A DNA stretch of 64,000 nt from NCBI GenBank assembly GCA_016927815.1, contig JAFGLY010000170.1, forward strand, positions 4,740-68,739. The letters run 5' to 3'. The DNA comes from Deltaproteobacteria bacterium. Its GTDB lineage: Bacteria; Myxococcota_A; UBA796; JAFGLY01. The stretch's first letter is position 1, and each line of letters opens with the position of its first letter. Both the position numbers and the translations under genes were made by a program. Shown in pieces: positions 33,417 through 41,938 of this stretch. Below the pieces are notes generated by a model, which was not told the DNA's origin, did no database searches, and saw only the letters and a list, made by a program, of their open reading frames with translations.

Positions 33417-34513
33417 TCCCGCTGCTCCTCGTCGTTCCCTTGGCCCTTTCCACCTGGGGGCTCGAAGAGGTCTCGGAGCCGACCCAGCCGGCGCCCACAG
33501 CGGCCTCCGAGGCGGCCGAAGCCCCGTCTCCGTCCGCCCCGCCGGCCGTGGAGACGCCCCCCACCGCCCCGCGGGCTCCCGCAGAGCCAGCCCGTCGCAG
33601 AACGGGAACGTCCTCGGCCGTGGCCGCGCTCCAGGAACGGGTCGATGGCCAGGAGGCCCGCCTGGTCGCGTTGGAGACCCGGCTTTCCGAGTTGGAGACC
33701 CTGGCGCCCGAGGCAGCCGCTCCTCCCGAGGCGCCCGACGACGGGGCCGACCAGCGGCGGCTCCAGTCGTTCGGCCGTCCCTTGAGGGTGGCCGAGGGCG
33801 AGCGCGTGGCTGAGGCCGTAGCCTTCGGTGCCGCCGTGGAGGTGGCCGGAGACGTGACCGGGGACGTGGTGTCCTTCGGAGGGGACGTAGACGTCCGGGC
33901 CACCGGTCGGGTGGAGGGCGACGCGGTGTCCTTCGGCGGAGAGGTCCGCGTCGAGGACGGCGGGACGGTCCTGGGGGACCGCACCGGCATCGCCCAGGTG
34001 CCGACCCGCCTGGACCCCTCCTCCGTCACGTCCTTCCTCGCGCGCGGCGGATCCTGGATCCAGGGCCAGGTGCGCCGCCTCGTCCTCTTGTTCAGCCTCG
34101 CGGGGACGGCGGTGCTGGTGCTCGGCCTTGCCCCGGATCGCGTGCAAGGGGTCGCACGAGGGCTACGCGAGCACCCTGTCCGCTACGGGTTCGCCGGGCT
34201 CCTGCTCACGCTCGCCGTGACGTTCGTCGCCTCTCTACTGGCCATCACGCTCGTCGGCCTGCCGGTTTCCCTGGTCCTCCTGTCGTTCGTGGCGTTCTCG
34301 TGGCTGCTGGGATTCACGGCCCTGGCCCTGGCCACGGGAGGGCTGATTCCCCTCCCGTCCAGCGGCGGTGGCAGGCTCGCGGCGCTCCTCCTCGGGCTCC
34401 TCCTCCTGGCCCTGGTGAGCATGGTTCCCTACGTCGGAAAGGCCATCCTGGTGCTCGCGCTGTTCCCCTGCGTGGGCGCAGCGGTCGGCACGCGGTTCGG
34501 CACGCAGTCCTGA
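33413..34513 (+). CDS. Polytopic membrane protein with extracytoplasmic coiled coil and bactofilin-like beta-helix repeats
   Basis: The ATG overlaps the anti-sigma stop (ATGA), with GGGAGG upstream. Signal-like MIPLLLVVPLALSTWG. Coiled coil LQERVDGQEARLVALETRLSELE. Repeats GDVTGDVVSFGGDVDVRATGRVEGDAVSFGGEVRVEDGGTVLGD. 4-5 C-terminal TM helices. Confidence 0.6.
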   Translation: MIPLLLVVPLALSTWGLEEVSEPTQPAPTAASEAAEAPSPSAPPAVETPPTAPRAPAEPARRRTGTSSAVAALQERVDGQEARLVALETRLSELETLAPEAAAPPEAPDDGADQRRLQSFGRPLRVAEGERVAEAVAFGAAVEVAGDVTGDVVSFGGDVDVRATGRVEGDAVSFGGEVRVEDGGTVLGDRTGIAQVPTRLDPSSVTSFLARGGSWIQGQVRRLVLLFSLAGTAVLVLGLAPDRVQGVARGLREHPVRYGFAGLLLTLAVTFVASLLAITLVGLPVSLVLLSFVAFSWLLGFTALALATGGLIPLPSSGGGRLAALLLGLLLLALVSMVPYVGKAILVLALFPCVGAAVGTRFGTQS

Positions 34514-34533
34514 GGGGCGCCGTCGCGGCGCCC
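34514..34533. terminator. GC hairpin between convergent genes (possible bidirectional terminator, no U-tract)
   Basis: GGGCGCCG-TCG-CGGCGCCC, a perfect 8-bp stem, starts directly after the + gene stop (34511-34513) and ends 5 nt before the - gene stop (34539). Confidence 0.4.
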
Positions 34534-34538
34534 GACCG

Positions 34539-37500
34539 TCACCTGCGCGAGGAGGAGATCCGCTCGCCCAGCACGGACAGGATCTCGCTGGCGTTCGTGG
34601 GGTCGACCACGGCGAGGGCGTCGCTCACGGCCGCATCGCACTGGGTGGCCTCCATGAGGGCGCTCCGGGCGGCATCGAGATCCTCCGCCATCAGGCGCAC
34701 GATCCCGCGGGCGAGCAGCAGGTCGGCCTTGAGCCCCGGTTCCAGGGTTTCCACGCCGAGCGCCTGGTCCACGAGCGTGCCGGCCTCGCTCCAGGTCCCC
34801 TTGCGCAGCGAGAGTTCGGCGAGGCGGAGCAGCGCGCGCGGTTCGCTCACGTCGAAGTTCAGGCTCTTGCGGTAGTGGTCCGCGGCCTTCTCGGCCAGGT
34901 TCATCTTCCGATCCAGGACGAAGCCCTTGGCCAGGTAGGCATTCACCACCTCGGCCCGTTCCCGAGCGTGGAAGATGACGTTGTTGTAGACGTTCAGGAG
35001 GGCGTTCCACTCGCCGCGATCGAAGAGGATGTCCGCGAGACCCAACAGGGCGGGCACGTCGTTCGGGTGGAACTCGAGCGCCTTGTTGAAGCGCTTCTGG
35101 GCCTTGTCGAGATCGCCGAGTTGTCGCTGCACGTGGCCCAACTGCGTGTAGACGCGCGCCAGGAAAGCCGGATCGCCCTGCCCGCCCGTGAGCTGGAGCA
35201 GCGTGCGGAGGGCGTTGTCGGCCTGCTCCCACCGGCCCATCTCGACGTAGATGGGGGCGACGGCCTCGAGGGACGGGAGGTGGGACTGGTTGAGCTCCAG
35301 CGTCCGCTCGTAGCGAGCCAGGGCATCGTCGGTCCGACCCAGCCCCCGGAGGGTCTCCCCGTACCGGAAGTAGAACTGGGCCACCTCCATCTGCTCGTCG
35401 AAGTCCTCCAGGTCCCGGGTAGCCTCCACGGGCTCGAGGCGTTCGAAGAGCGGGACCGCCTCGGCCCAGGCTCCCTTCTCGAACAGGTAGGCGCACTGGA
35501 ACGAGAGGGCCTCGGTGCAGTCCGGCTGCTCCTCGAGCATCCGTGCGTAGATCTCGCTGGCTTGTTCGCGGTTCCGCAACGTCGCGTCCCGGATGTGGGC
35601 CGCGTGGGCCAGGGCCTCCATCCGCTCGTCGCCTTCCACGGCATCGGCGATGGCCAGCAGGGCGTGCACCGCCTCCTCCCAGTCGCCACGGGCGGAGTGG
35701 ATACGCTCCAGCATCCGGGCCGCCTCGACGTCCGGGGCGTCTCCATAGGCCGCTGCCTCGAGGAGGTGGATGGCGTCCGCGGGTCGATCCAGCTCCTCCT
35801 CGTAGGCCGTGCCCACGCGGCGCAGCACCGCGGAGCGTTCGGCACCCCCGAGCACCTGGGCCAGGGCTTCGCCGTGGTCCACGAAGGCCTTCCAGTCCCG
35901 GGCCGCCTCGGCGAGTCCCATGAGGCGCTCGTGTGCCTCCTGGTGGCTCGGGTCGAGGTCGAGGACCTTGCGCCAGGCATCCGCTGCTACCGGCGGCTCC
36001 TCGAGGCGATCCTGCCAGATGCGGGCGATGTCTGCGTACAGGGCCGTCTGCCGCGCCCCTTCCGCCAGCACGGCCCGGCGCGAGAGGATGCCCACGAGGC
36101 TTCGCCAGTCCTCGCCTTCCTCGGCGAGGGACTGCAAGCCCCCCAGGGCGGCGAGATCCTCGGGCACGAGGTTGAGGACCCTGAGCCAGACGTCCCTGGC
36201 CTGCTCGCCACGACCGAACGCCTTGTGGAGTTGGGCCAGGCGGTGGAGCACCTCCGCACGTTCCGGGTCCGACGTGGCCACGGCCTCGCGCTGCTCCAGG
36301 TACCGTACGGCCAGCTCGTCGTCCCCCCGGGCGGCCGCGATGCCCGCCATGGCATCGAGGATCTCCGGGTCCTTCGGGTTCTGGTCGAGAAGCTGGCGGT
36401 AGAAGTCCCAGGCCTCCTCGGTGCTGGCGAGGTGGTCGGCCAGGACGCGACGCTGGGAACGGTCGACCGTTGCCTGGACCTCGGGATTCCGAACCATGGA
36501 GCGGATCCGCGTGAGGTTCTCGAACACCGCCGGCCAGTCGCCGCTCGACTCCAGCCAGCGCCCGAGGAGGAACAGGCTGGGCAAGGGGTCCTCCTCGGAC
36601 TCGAGGCCGGTCTTGAGCGCAGCGACTGCTCCCTCCGTGTCCTCGATGTCCAGCAGGACCCCGGCGAGTTCCACACCGCCCGTGATGCCCACGCGAGCGA
36701 ACAGGTCCCGGATCCCCGCACCGTCCCGGGCCGCGACGAGCATGCGCTGGAGCCCGTCGAAGGCCTTGCCACGGCCAGGTCTCGCCTCCAGCGCGGCCTC
36801 GTAGAGGGCCCGCGCCTCCTCGGACATGCCGCCCATCTCGTACCGGTGGGCGCTCAGCAAGGCGTGGAGGCCTCGGACCGCAGGCGTGGGCGAAGCCTCC
36901 ATCAGGGCGCGCTGCACCTGGGCCAGGGACGCGTGGTCGCCGGACGCCGTGAGGAGTCGCTCCAGGCCGACCCAGGCCGGGAAGTCGTCCGTACGGACCG
37001 CTACGGCGGCCTGGTAGGCCGCCAGCGCTCCTGGCGCGTCGTGGAGGTAGACCTCGCGCAGGCGGCCGAGGTCCCGGTACCGGTCGCCGCTCGAGGACTG
37101 CTCGAGCAGGCGGGCCGCCGGCTCCCAGTACCCGAGACCCTCGCAGAGCCGTGCGAGCGCCCCCGACGGGAGATCCGTCCCACTGGCGATCATCGGATCC
37201 AGGATCTGCACGGCGGCCACGTCGTCGCCGGACTCGGTGCGGAGCAGTACGGTCTGGAGGCGCGCGGCCTGGGCCAGGGCCTCGTCCGAGGACGCGGTGG
37301 CCCACGCGACCAGGCGCTCGGCCTCGGCCGGGCGATCGCCCCGAGCGGCGGCGAGACGGATCAGCATCTCGAAGGCGGCACCGTGATCGGCCTGGACGGC
37401 CAGGATGCCCTCGGCGAGGGGCTTCAGGTCCATCTCGGGCAGCGAGGTGGCCAGGAGCAGGGCCTGGTACAGCAGCCACGCCTTGTGCCCGGGGTCCTCG

Positions 37501-39707
37501 GTGGCATCGGCCTCGGCCCTCAAGAGACCCAGGCAGGAGGAGGCGTCGCCGAGCTGGGTCAGGACGTCGCGGAGCACGACCCGTGCCGGGTGGAAGTCGG
37601 GCGACAGCTCGAGAGAGTTCTTCAGGCACTTGACGGCGGTGTCGCGGTCCCCCCCGTGCTCGGCCAGCAACCGGCCAGCGAGGTGCCAGAGGCCGGCGGC
37701 ACGGGCTCCGTCGCGGGTGGCCTGCGCGGCGCGCTGGGCCACGGTGGCCAGCTCACCCCATTTCTCCTGGGCCTCCAGCATGCGGCCCAGGGCGTCGAAG
37801 GCCAGGACGTGGTCGGGTGCGGCATCGAGGGCCCGGCGGTAGAGCTCGGCGGCCTCTGGCGCCGGAGCGCCCAGCTCCCAGGCGAGACCGGAGCGGTACA
37901 GGTGGAGGGCCGAGACCTCGGGGTCGGCCCCCGTGGCGGCCCGCTGCTCGAGCAGGGCCGCGCGCTCGCGGGTCAGGCCCATGCGCCGGTACACCCGATC
38001 CAGCCCCTCGATGGCGGGCAGGAACGCGGCCGATCGATCGAGGATGGTCTCGTAGAACGCACGGGCGCGGGCGTCGTCCAGGAGGTGGTACTCGCAGGCC
38101 ACCGCGGCCTGGTACAGGAGGGAGATCGCGAGGTTGGCGTTCGGGGTCCGTGCGGCCTGGGTTTCCCAGAGGGCCACTCGCCCCTCGTGGTCGCCCTTGG
38201 CCTGGAGCAGGCGCGCGATGGCCTCCACGGCCGGCAGGCTCTCGGGATCCGCCTTGAGCGCGGCCCGGTAGGCCTTCAGGGCCTCGTCGGGCTTGCCGAT
38301 CCGGGACTCGAGCAGGAAGCCCGCCTCGAACGAGGCCAGGGCCGAGGTGGGGCCCTTGACGTGCCGGGCTTCTGCCTGAAGCGCGCGCACCAGCTCATCC
38401 CAGCGCTGGAGGGCATGGAGGAAAGCGCGGTGTTCCACGCGATCCGCGACGGTGGGATTCGCCTTGGCGACCTCGTCCCAGGCGGAGCTCGCGCTCGCGG
38501 TGTCGGCCACGCGGGTCCACCACACGCGGGCCGCACGCACGAACCATGTCCGCGCGTCGGCACCGGTGCTTCGTTCGGCCTCCGACTGGTAGAGGCGGGC
38601 GAGATCCGCCCAGGAGCCGAGGCGGAGAAAATGGCGTTCAAGGGAGAGAAAAGCAGGAGTATAGGCTGGATCGGCAGCGCGTGCTGCCTGGTACGCGGCT
38701 AGAGCCTCCTCGTCACGTCCGAGCCGGCTCTCGAGAATCTGTCCTTGCTCCACGTAGTACTCGGCGGCCAGCGATCCGGTGGCCAGCTGGGCCATCCGTC
38801 CCAGGACGGGAGGCAGGGAGGGCCAGGACTGGAGCCGGAGGTAGAGGTCCCTCAAGAGGCGGCAGGAGAAGTAGTCTTCGGAGTCGGCGGCGGACGAGGT
38901 CTCCAGGAGCCGCACGGCCAGCGCGTCGTCCCGGAGGTTGTTGCGGGCCACCAGGGCGGCATCCTGCAACGCCTCGGCCCGTGCCCGGGGTTCCTCGACG
39001 AGCGCGGCGCGTTCCTCGAAGACCCGGCAAAGCTCGGCGAAGTCCCCGCGTTCGGCCACCAGGTCGGCGAGGTCCCGCAACAAGGCGGGTGTCGCGTGGC
39101 CGGCCTGTTGGGCTGCTTTGAGCAGCGACTCGGCGCGTGCGTGGTCTCCCACCCAGTCCCGGTAGAGGACCGCAGCTGCGGCCAGGCGGTGAGCCCGTAC
39201 CCCGGGTTCTCCGTCTTCCGCCTCGAGTTCGAGCGTCCGGGCCACCTCCAGCCACGAACGGGCCTCGGGGGACATCTCGGCGGAAGAGGGTGGCGGCTGG
39301 GGAGCAGGCCGCGCCGCGAGGGGGGGAAGATCCTCTGGAGCCGGCCCGGGAAGGGGCTCGACGGGTTGTGCGACAAGAACGCCCGGTCCAGCGGGCGGGA
39401 GCGGCTCGGGCGCCCGGGCCTCCTCGGGAGGAACCGGCTCGGGCGGGAGCGGCTCGGGCGGGAGCGGCTCGGGCGCCCGGGCCTCCTCGGGCGGAGGCGG
39501 GGACAGGGGGGGCTCGATGGCCAGACTGCTGGGGACCGGCTCTTCGGCGCCGGGGACCCCCTCGTCGGCGGCGGTTCCCCAGCCGGAAGCCTCCTCGGGG
39601 GTTCCGAAGCTGTCTCCAGTTGCGAAAAAGTCGGCTTCGACGTCGTCGAAACCGCCTTCCTGCACCGGGTCCTCGGTCGGGGTTGCGGGCTTCTTCGGCT
39701 TGGCCAT
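34539..39707 (-). CDS. 1722-aa TPR-repeat protein with acidic/Pro-rich repetitive N-terminus
   Basis: ATG at 39707 (MAKPKKPATP). N-terminal ~170 aa are low complexity (EEARAPEPLPPEPLPPEPVPPEEARAPEPLPP). The rest is an uninterrupted array of TPR-like helical hairpins (e.g. AEYYVEQGQILESRLGRDEEALAAYQAARAADPAYTPAF, AQFYFRYGETLRGLGRTDDALARYERTLELNQSHLPS). Confidence 0.8.
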   Translation of the reverse strand: MAKPKKPATPTEDPVQEGGFDDVEADFFATGDSFGTPEEASGWGTAADEGVPGAEEPVPSSLAIEPPLSPPPPEEARAPEPLPPEPLPPEPVPPEEARAPEPLPPAGPGVLVAQPVEPLPGPAPEDLPPLAARPAPQPPPSSAEMSPEARSWLEVARTLELEAEDGEPGVRAHRLAAAAVLYRDWVGDHARAESLLKAAQQAGHATPALLRDLADLVAERGDFAELCRVFEERAALVEEPRARAEALQDAALVARNNLRDDALAVRLLETSSAADSEDYFSCRLLRDLYLRLQSWPSLPPVLGRMAQLATGSLAAEYYVEQGQILESRLGRDEEALAAYQAARAADPAYTPAFLSLERHFLRLGSWADLARLYQSEAERSTGADARTWFVRAARVWWTRVADTASASSAWDEVAKANPTVADRVEHRAFLHALQRWDELVRALQAEARHVKGPTSALASFEAGFLLESRIGKPDEALKAYRAALKADPESLPAVEAIARLLQAKGDHEGRVALWETQAARTPNANLAISLLYQAAVACEYHLLDDARARAFYETILDRSAAFLPAIEGLDRVYRRMGLTRERAALLEQRAATGADPEVSALHLYRSGLAWELGAPAPEAAELYRRALDAAPDHVLAFDALGRMLEAQEKWGELATVAQRAAQATRDGARAAGLWHLAGRLLAEHGGDRDTAVKCLKNSLELSPDFHPARVVLRDVLTQLGDASSCLGLLRAEADATEDPGHKAWLLYQALLLATSLPEMDLKPLAEGILAVQADHGAAFEMLIRLAAARGDRPAEAERLVAWATASSDEALAQAARLQTVLLRTESGDDVAAVQILDPMIASGTDLPSGALARLCEGLGYWEPAARLLEQSSSGDRYRDLGRLREVYLHDAPGALAAYQAAVAVRTDDFPAWVGLERLLTASGDHASLAQVQRALMEASPTPAVRGLHALLSAHRYEMGGMSEEARALYEAALEARPGRGKAFDGLQRMLVAARDGAGIRDLFARVGITGGVELAGVLLDIEDTEGAVAALKTGLESEEDPLPSLFLLGRWLESSGDWPAVFENLTRIRSMVRNPEVQATVDRSQRRVLADHLASTEEAWDFYRQLLDQNPKDPEILDAMAGIAAARGDDELAVRYLEQREAVATSDPERAEVLHRLAQLHKAFGRGEQARDVWLRVLNLVPEDLAALGGLQSLAEEGEDWRSLVGILSRRAVLAEGARQTALYADIARIWQDRLEEPPVAADAWRKVLDLDPSHQEAHERLMGLAEAARDWKAFVDHGEALAQVLGGAERSAVLRRVGTAYEEELDRPADAIHLLEAAAYGDAPDVEAARMLERIHSARGDWEEAVHALLAIADAVEGDERMEALAHAAHIRDATLRNREQASEIYARMLEEQPDCTEALSFQCAYLFEKGAWAEAVPLFERLEPVEATRDLEDFDEQMEVAQFYFRYGETLRGLGRTDDALARYERTLELNQSHLPSLEAVAPIYVEMGRWEQADNALRTLLQLTGGQGDPAFLARVYTQLGHVQRQLGDLDKAQKRFNKALEFHPNDVPALLGLADILFDRGEWNALLNVYNNVIFHARERAEVVNAYLAKGFVLDRKMNLAEKAADHYRKSLNFDVSEPRALLRLAELSLRKGTWSEAGTLVDQALGVETLEPGLKADLLLARGIVRLMAEDLDAARSALMEATQCDAAVSDALAVVDPTNASEILSVLGERISSSRR
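39393..39491 (-). repeat. Exact 36-nt direct repeat (39393-39428 and 39456-39491) plus 15-nt sub-repeats encoding the PEPLP/EEARAPEPLPP repeats
   Basis: GGGCGGGAGCGGCTCGGGCGCCCGGGCCTCCTCGGG occurs twice, 63 nt apart. GGGCGGGAGCGGCTC occurs three times. Confidence 0.85.
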
Positions 39708-39993
39708 GTCGCACCTGCACTGGACGGTGGCTCGAAACACGGAGGCGCGGGCATTCCCGGGGAAATCCCCACGCGTACGACGATGGGTTCTCATACCACC
39801 CGTTCACGGTCACGGGCAAGACGAGAAACCGGGGAGTCGCGCCGCTCCCCCCGAAGCCCCGGCGGAGGGACGGACGTGGAGCCACCGGCCCTGCCCCCTC
39901 TCCCCCCGGCAGAGGGGGCCGCCGACAGGCACCGGGTGGGGGGCGCCCGCCACCGCCGCCCGCGAACCGCCGAGACGCTCCTCCCCCCGGTCT

Positions 39994-40016
39994 CCTACAG
40001 TCTACAGCCTACAGCC
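39994..40016 (-). repeat. Three tandem heptamers (minus strand GGCTGTAG-GCTGTAG-ACTGTAGG) in a long intergenic region
   Basis: The plus strand reads CCTACAGTCTACAGCCTACAGCC. The 16-mer GGCTGTAGACTGTAGG is shared exactly with 61163-61178. Confidence 0.8.
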
Positions 40017-40107
40017 TCTCTCTGGTCTGGGGGGCTCTCCCCTGACCGCCACGACCCCGCGGCGGGGCTGCCGGACCTGTTGGATCTTCGGGGAAGCAGG
40101 CCCGAGT

Positions 40108-41244
40108 CTAGCCCGCCGAACCCTCGTGGCGGCGCGGGACGCGCTCCGAGAAGCCGCAGAGGATCTCGTAGGGGACCGTGCCGGCGTGCCGCGCCAGCTC
40201 CTCGGCGGTGACGCGCTCTTCGCCCTGCTGGCCGAGCAGGACCACCTCGTCGCCCGCCGAAACGGTCTCGTGGACGTCGGTCACGTCCACGAGGGTGAGG
40301 TCCATGCAGACGGTGCCGCGTACGGGTGCCCTGCAGCCGTGGACGAGCACCTCGGCATGGTTGGACAGCGCCCTCGGGTAGCCGTCGGCGTAGCCCACCG
40401 GGAGGGTGGCGATGCGGGAGGGCCGGGGGGTCACGAACCGGCGGTCGTAGCAGAGCCCCACGCCCGCCGGGAGGTCCTTCACGAAGAGAACCCGCGTGGT
40501 GACGGTCATCACCGGTTCGAGCGAGATCCGTGCGGCCGTGGCCGGGCTGGGATGGATCCCGTACAGGGCCAGACCCGGGCGCACGAGGTCGAACCTGAGC
40601 CGCGGGTGGAGGATCGCGCCCTCCGAGTTGGCCAGGTGCAGCAACGAGGGGTGGAACCCGCGCACCCGGGCGGCCTGCAGGGCCACCAGGAATCGCCGGC
40701 CCTGCTCCTCGGTCGAGACCCCCTCCCCCGCTCCTCCGAGGTGGGAGCACAGGCCGTCCACCTTGAGCCACCGGAAGCCCGCGAACCGGTCCAGGAACCC
40801 CTCCCACTGGGGAAGCGGGACCCCGAGCCGTCCCATGCCGGTGTCTACCTTCAGGTGGATGCCGTACGGCTCGCGCCTCCGGGCTGCTTCCTGCTCGATG
40901 CGCTCGGCGTCGGAGAGATCGTAGACCACGGGAGTCAGGCGGTGGGCGATCGCGTCTGCGGCCCCGCCCGGTCCGGCCCCGCCGAGGCAGAGGATGGGGG
41001 CGATGATGCCCGCTTCGCGCAGCCGGATGCCCTCCTCGACCAGCGCCACGCCGAACCACTCGCACCCGGCGGCTTGGAGGGCCCGTGCGACGGGCACGGC
41101 ACCGTGCCCGTAGGCATCGCCCTTCACGGCGGCCAGGATGCCCACGGACGGTCCCACGAGTGCCCTCAGGGCCATGAGGTTGCCCTTCAGGCGCGACAGG
41201 TCCACGGTGGCCAGGGTGGGACGGATGGGGCGGGGGTCGGACAT
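40108..41244 (-). CDS. alr: Alanine racemase
   Basis: PLP-lysine motif AAVKGDAYGHG. C-terminal VCMDLTLVDVT...GTVPYEILCG. ATG at 41244. 378 aa. Confidence 0.9.
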   Translation of the reverse strand: MSDPRPIRPTLATVDLSRLKGNLMALRALVGPSVGILAAVKGDAYGHGAVPVARALQAAGCEWFGVALVEEGIRLREAGIIAPILCLGGAGPGGAADAIAHRLTPVVYDLSDAERIEQEAARRREPYGIHLKVDTGMGRLGVPLPQWEGFLDRFAGFRWLKVDGLCSHLGGAGEGVSTEEQGRRFLVALQAARVRGFHPSLLHLANSEGAILHPRLRFDLVRPGLALYGIHPSPATAARISLEPVMTVTTRVLFVKDLPAGVGLCYDRRFVTPRPSRIATLPVGYADGYPRALSNHAEVLVHGCRAPVRGTVCMDLTLVDVTDVHETVSAGDEVVLLGQQGEERVTAEELARHAGTVPYEILCGFSERVPRRHEGSAG

Positions 41245-41389
41245 GGGGTGCGCCGGCCCAGGCGGCGACGGTCGCGGGGGCGTTGCCCGTCCCTAACGCG
41301 AGCCGGCCACGGGCATCAGGCGGACCCTTGCCCTGGCGTCGTCCTCTCCGGCCCACGGACCGGGATAGGGGCTGCCCTGGAGGCCCGCC

Positions 41390-41935
41390 ATGCACCTGCT
41401 CCTGGTCGTTTCGGGCGGAATCGCGGCCTACAAGGCCTGCGAGGTCGCAAGCCTCGCCGTCCGTGCAGGCCACCGGGTGCGCGTCGCCATGACCCCCAAC
41501 GCGACCCGTTTCGTCTCCCCTCTCACCTTTCGGGCCTTGTCCGGTCAGCACGTCTTCGTCGATTGCTTCCGGGAACCCCCGGACGAGGGCATCGACCACG
41601 TGGAGTGGGCCCGGTGGGCGTCCGTCGCGGTGGTGGCTCCCGCCACGGCCAACCTCCTGGGGAAGCTGGCCTGTGGCATCGCCGACGACGCGGCCAGCAC
41701 GGTGCTCATCGCGCTGCCTCGCGAGGTGCCGGTGGTGCTGGCCCCGGCCATGAACACCGCCATGTGGCTCAACCCCGTGGTGCAGCGCAACCTGGGCTGG
41801 CTCGCGGACCTGGGGCGCTTCCACGTGGTGGAACCGATCGAGAAGCGCCTGGCCTGCGGCGACGTGGGACCGGGCGCGATGGCCGATCCCGCAGAGGTGC
41901 TGGCCCGCGCTGAGGCCCTCGCCCGCCCCGAGTGA
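41390..41935 (+). CDS. coaC: Stand-alone phosphopantothenoylcysteine decarboxylase-type flavoprotein (CoaC / HFCD family)
   Basis: VSGGIAAYKA, PATANLLGKLACGIADD, APAMNTAMW, RLACGDVGPGAM. 181 aa with no fused CoaB domain. Confidence 0.8.
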   Translation: MHLLLVVSGGIAAYKACEVASLAVRAGHRVRVAMTPNATRFVSPLTFRALSGQHVFVDCFREPPDEGIDHVEWARWASVAVVAPATANLLGKLACGIADDAASTVLIALPREVPVVLAPAMNTAMWLNPVVQRNLGWLADLGRFHVVEPIEKRLACGDVGPGAMADPAEVLARAEALARPE

Positions 41936-41938
41936 GCG

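Noticed and set aside
40028-40107. SRP (4.5S) RNA-like strings on the + strand: GGGGGGCTCTCCCC at the start and GGGGAAGCAGGCC further on.
   Set aside because: The helix-8 architecture cannot be built. No GNRA tetraloop is flanked by the symmetric loop, and no complementary 3' end pairs with the G-rich 5' end. The similarity is limited to short G-rich strings.
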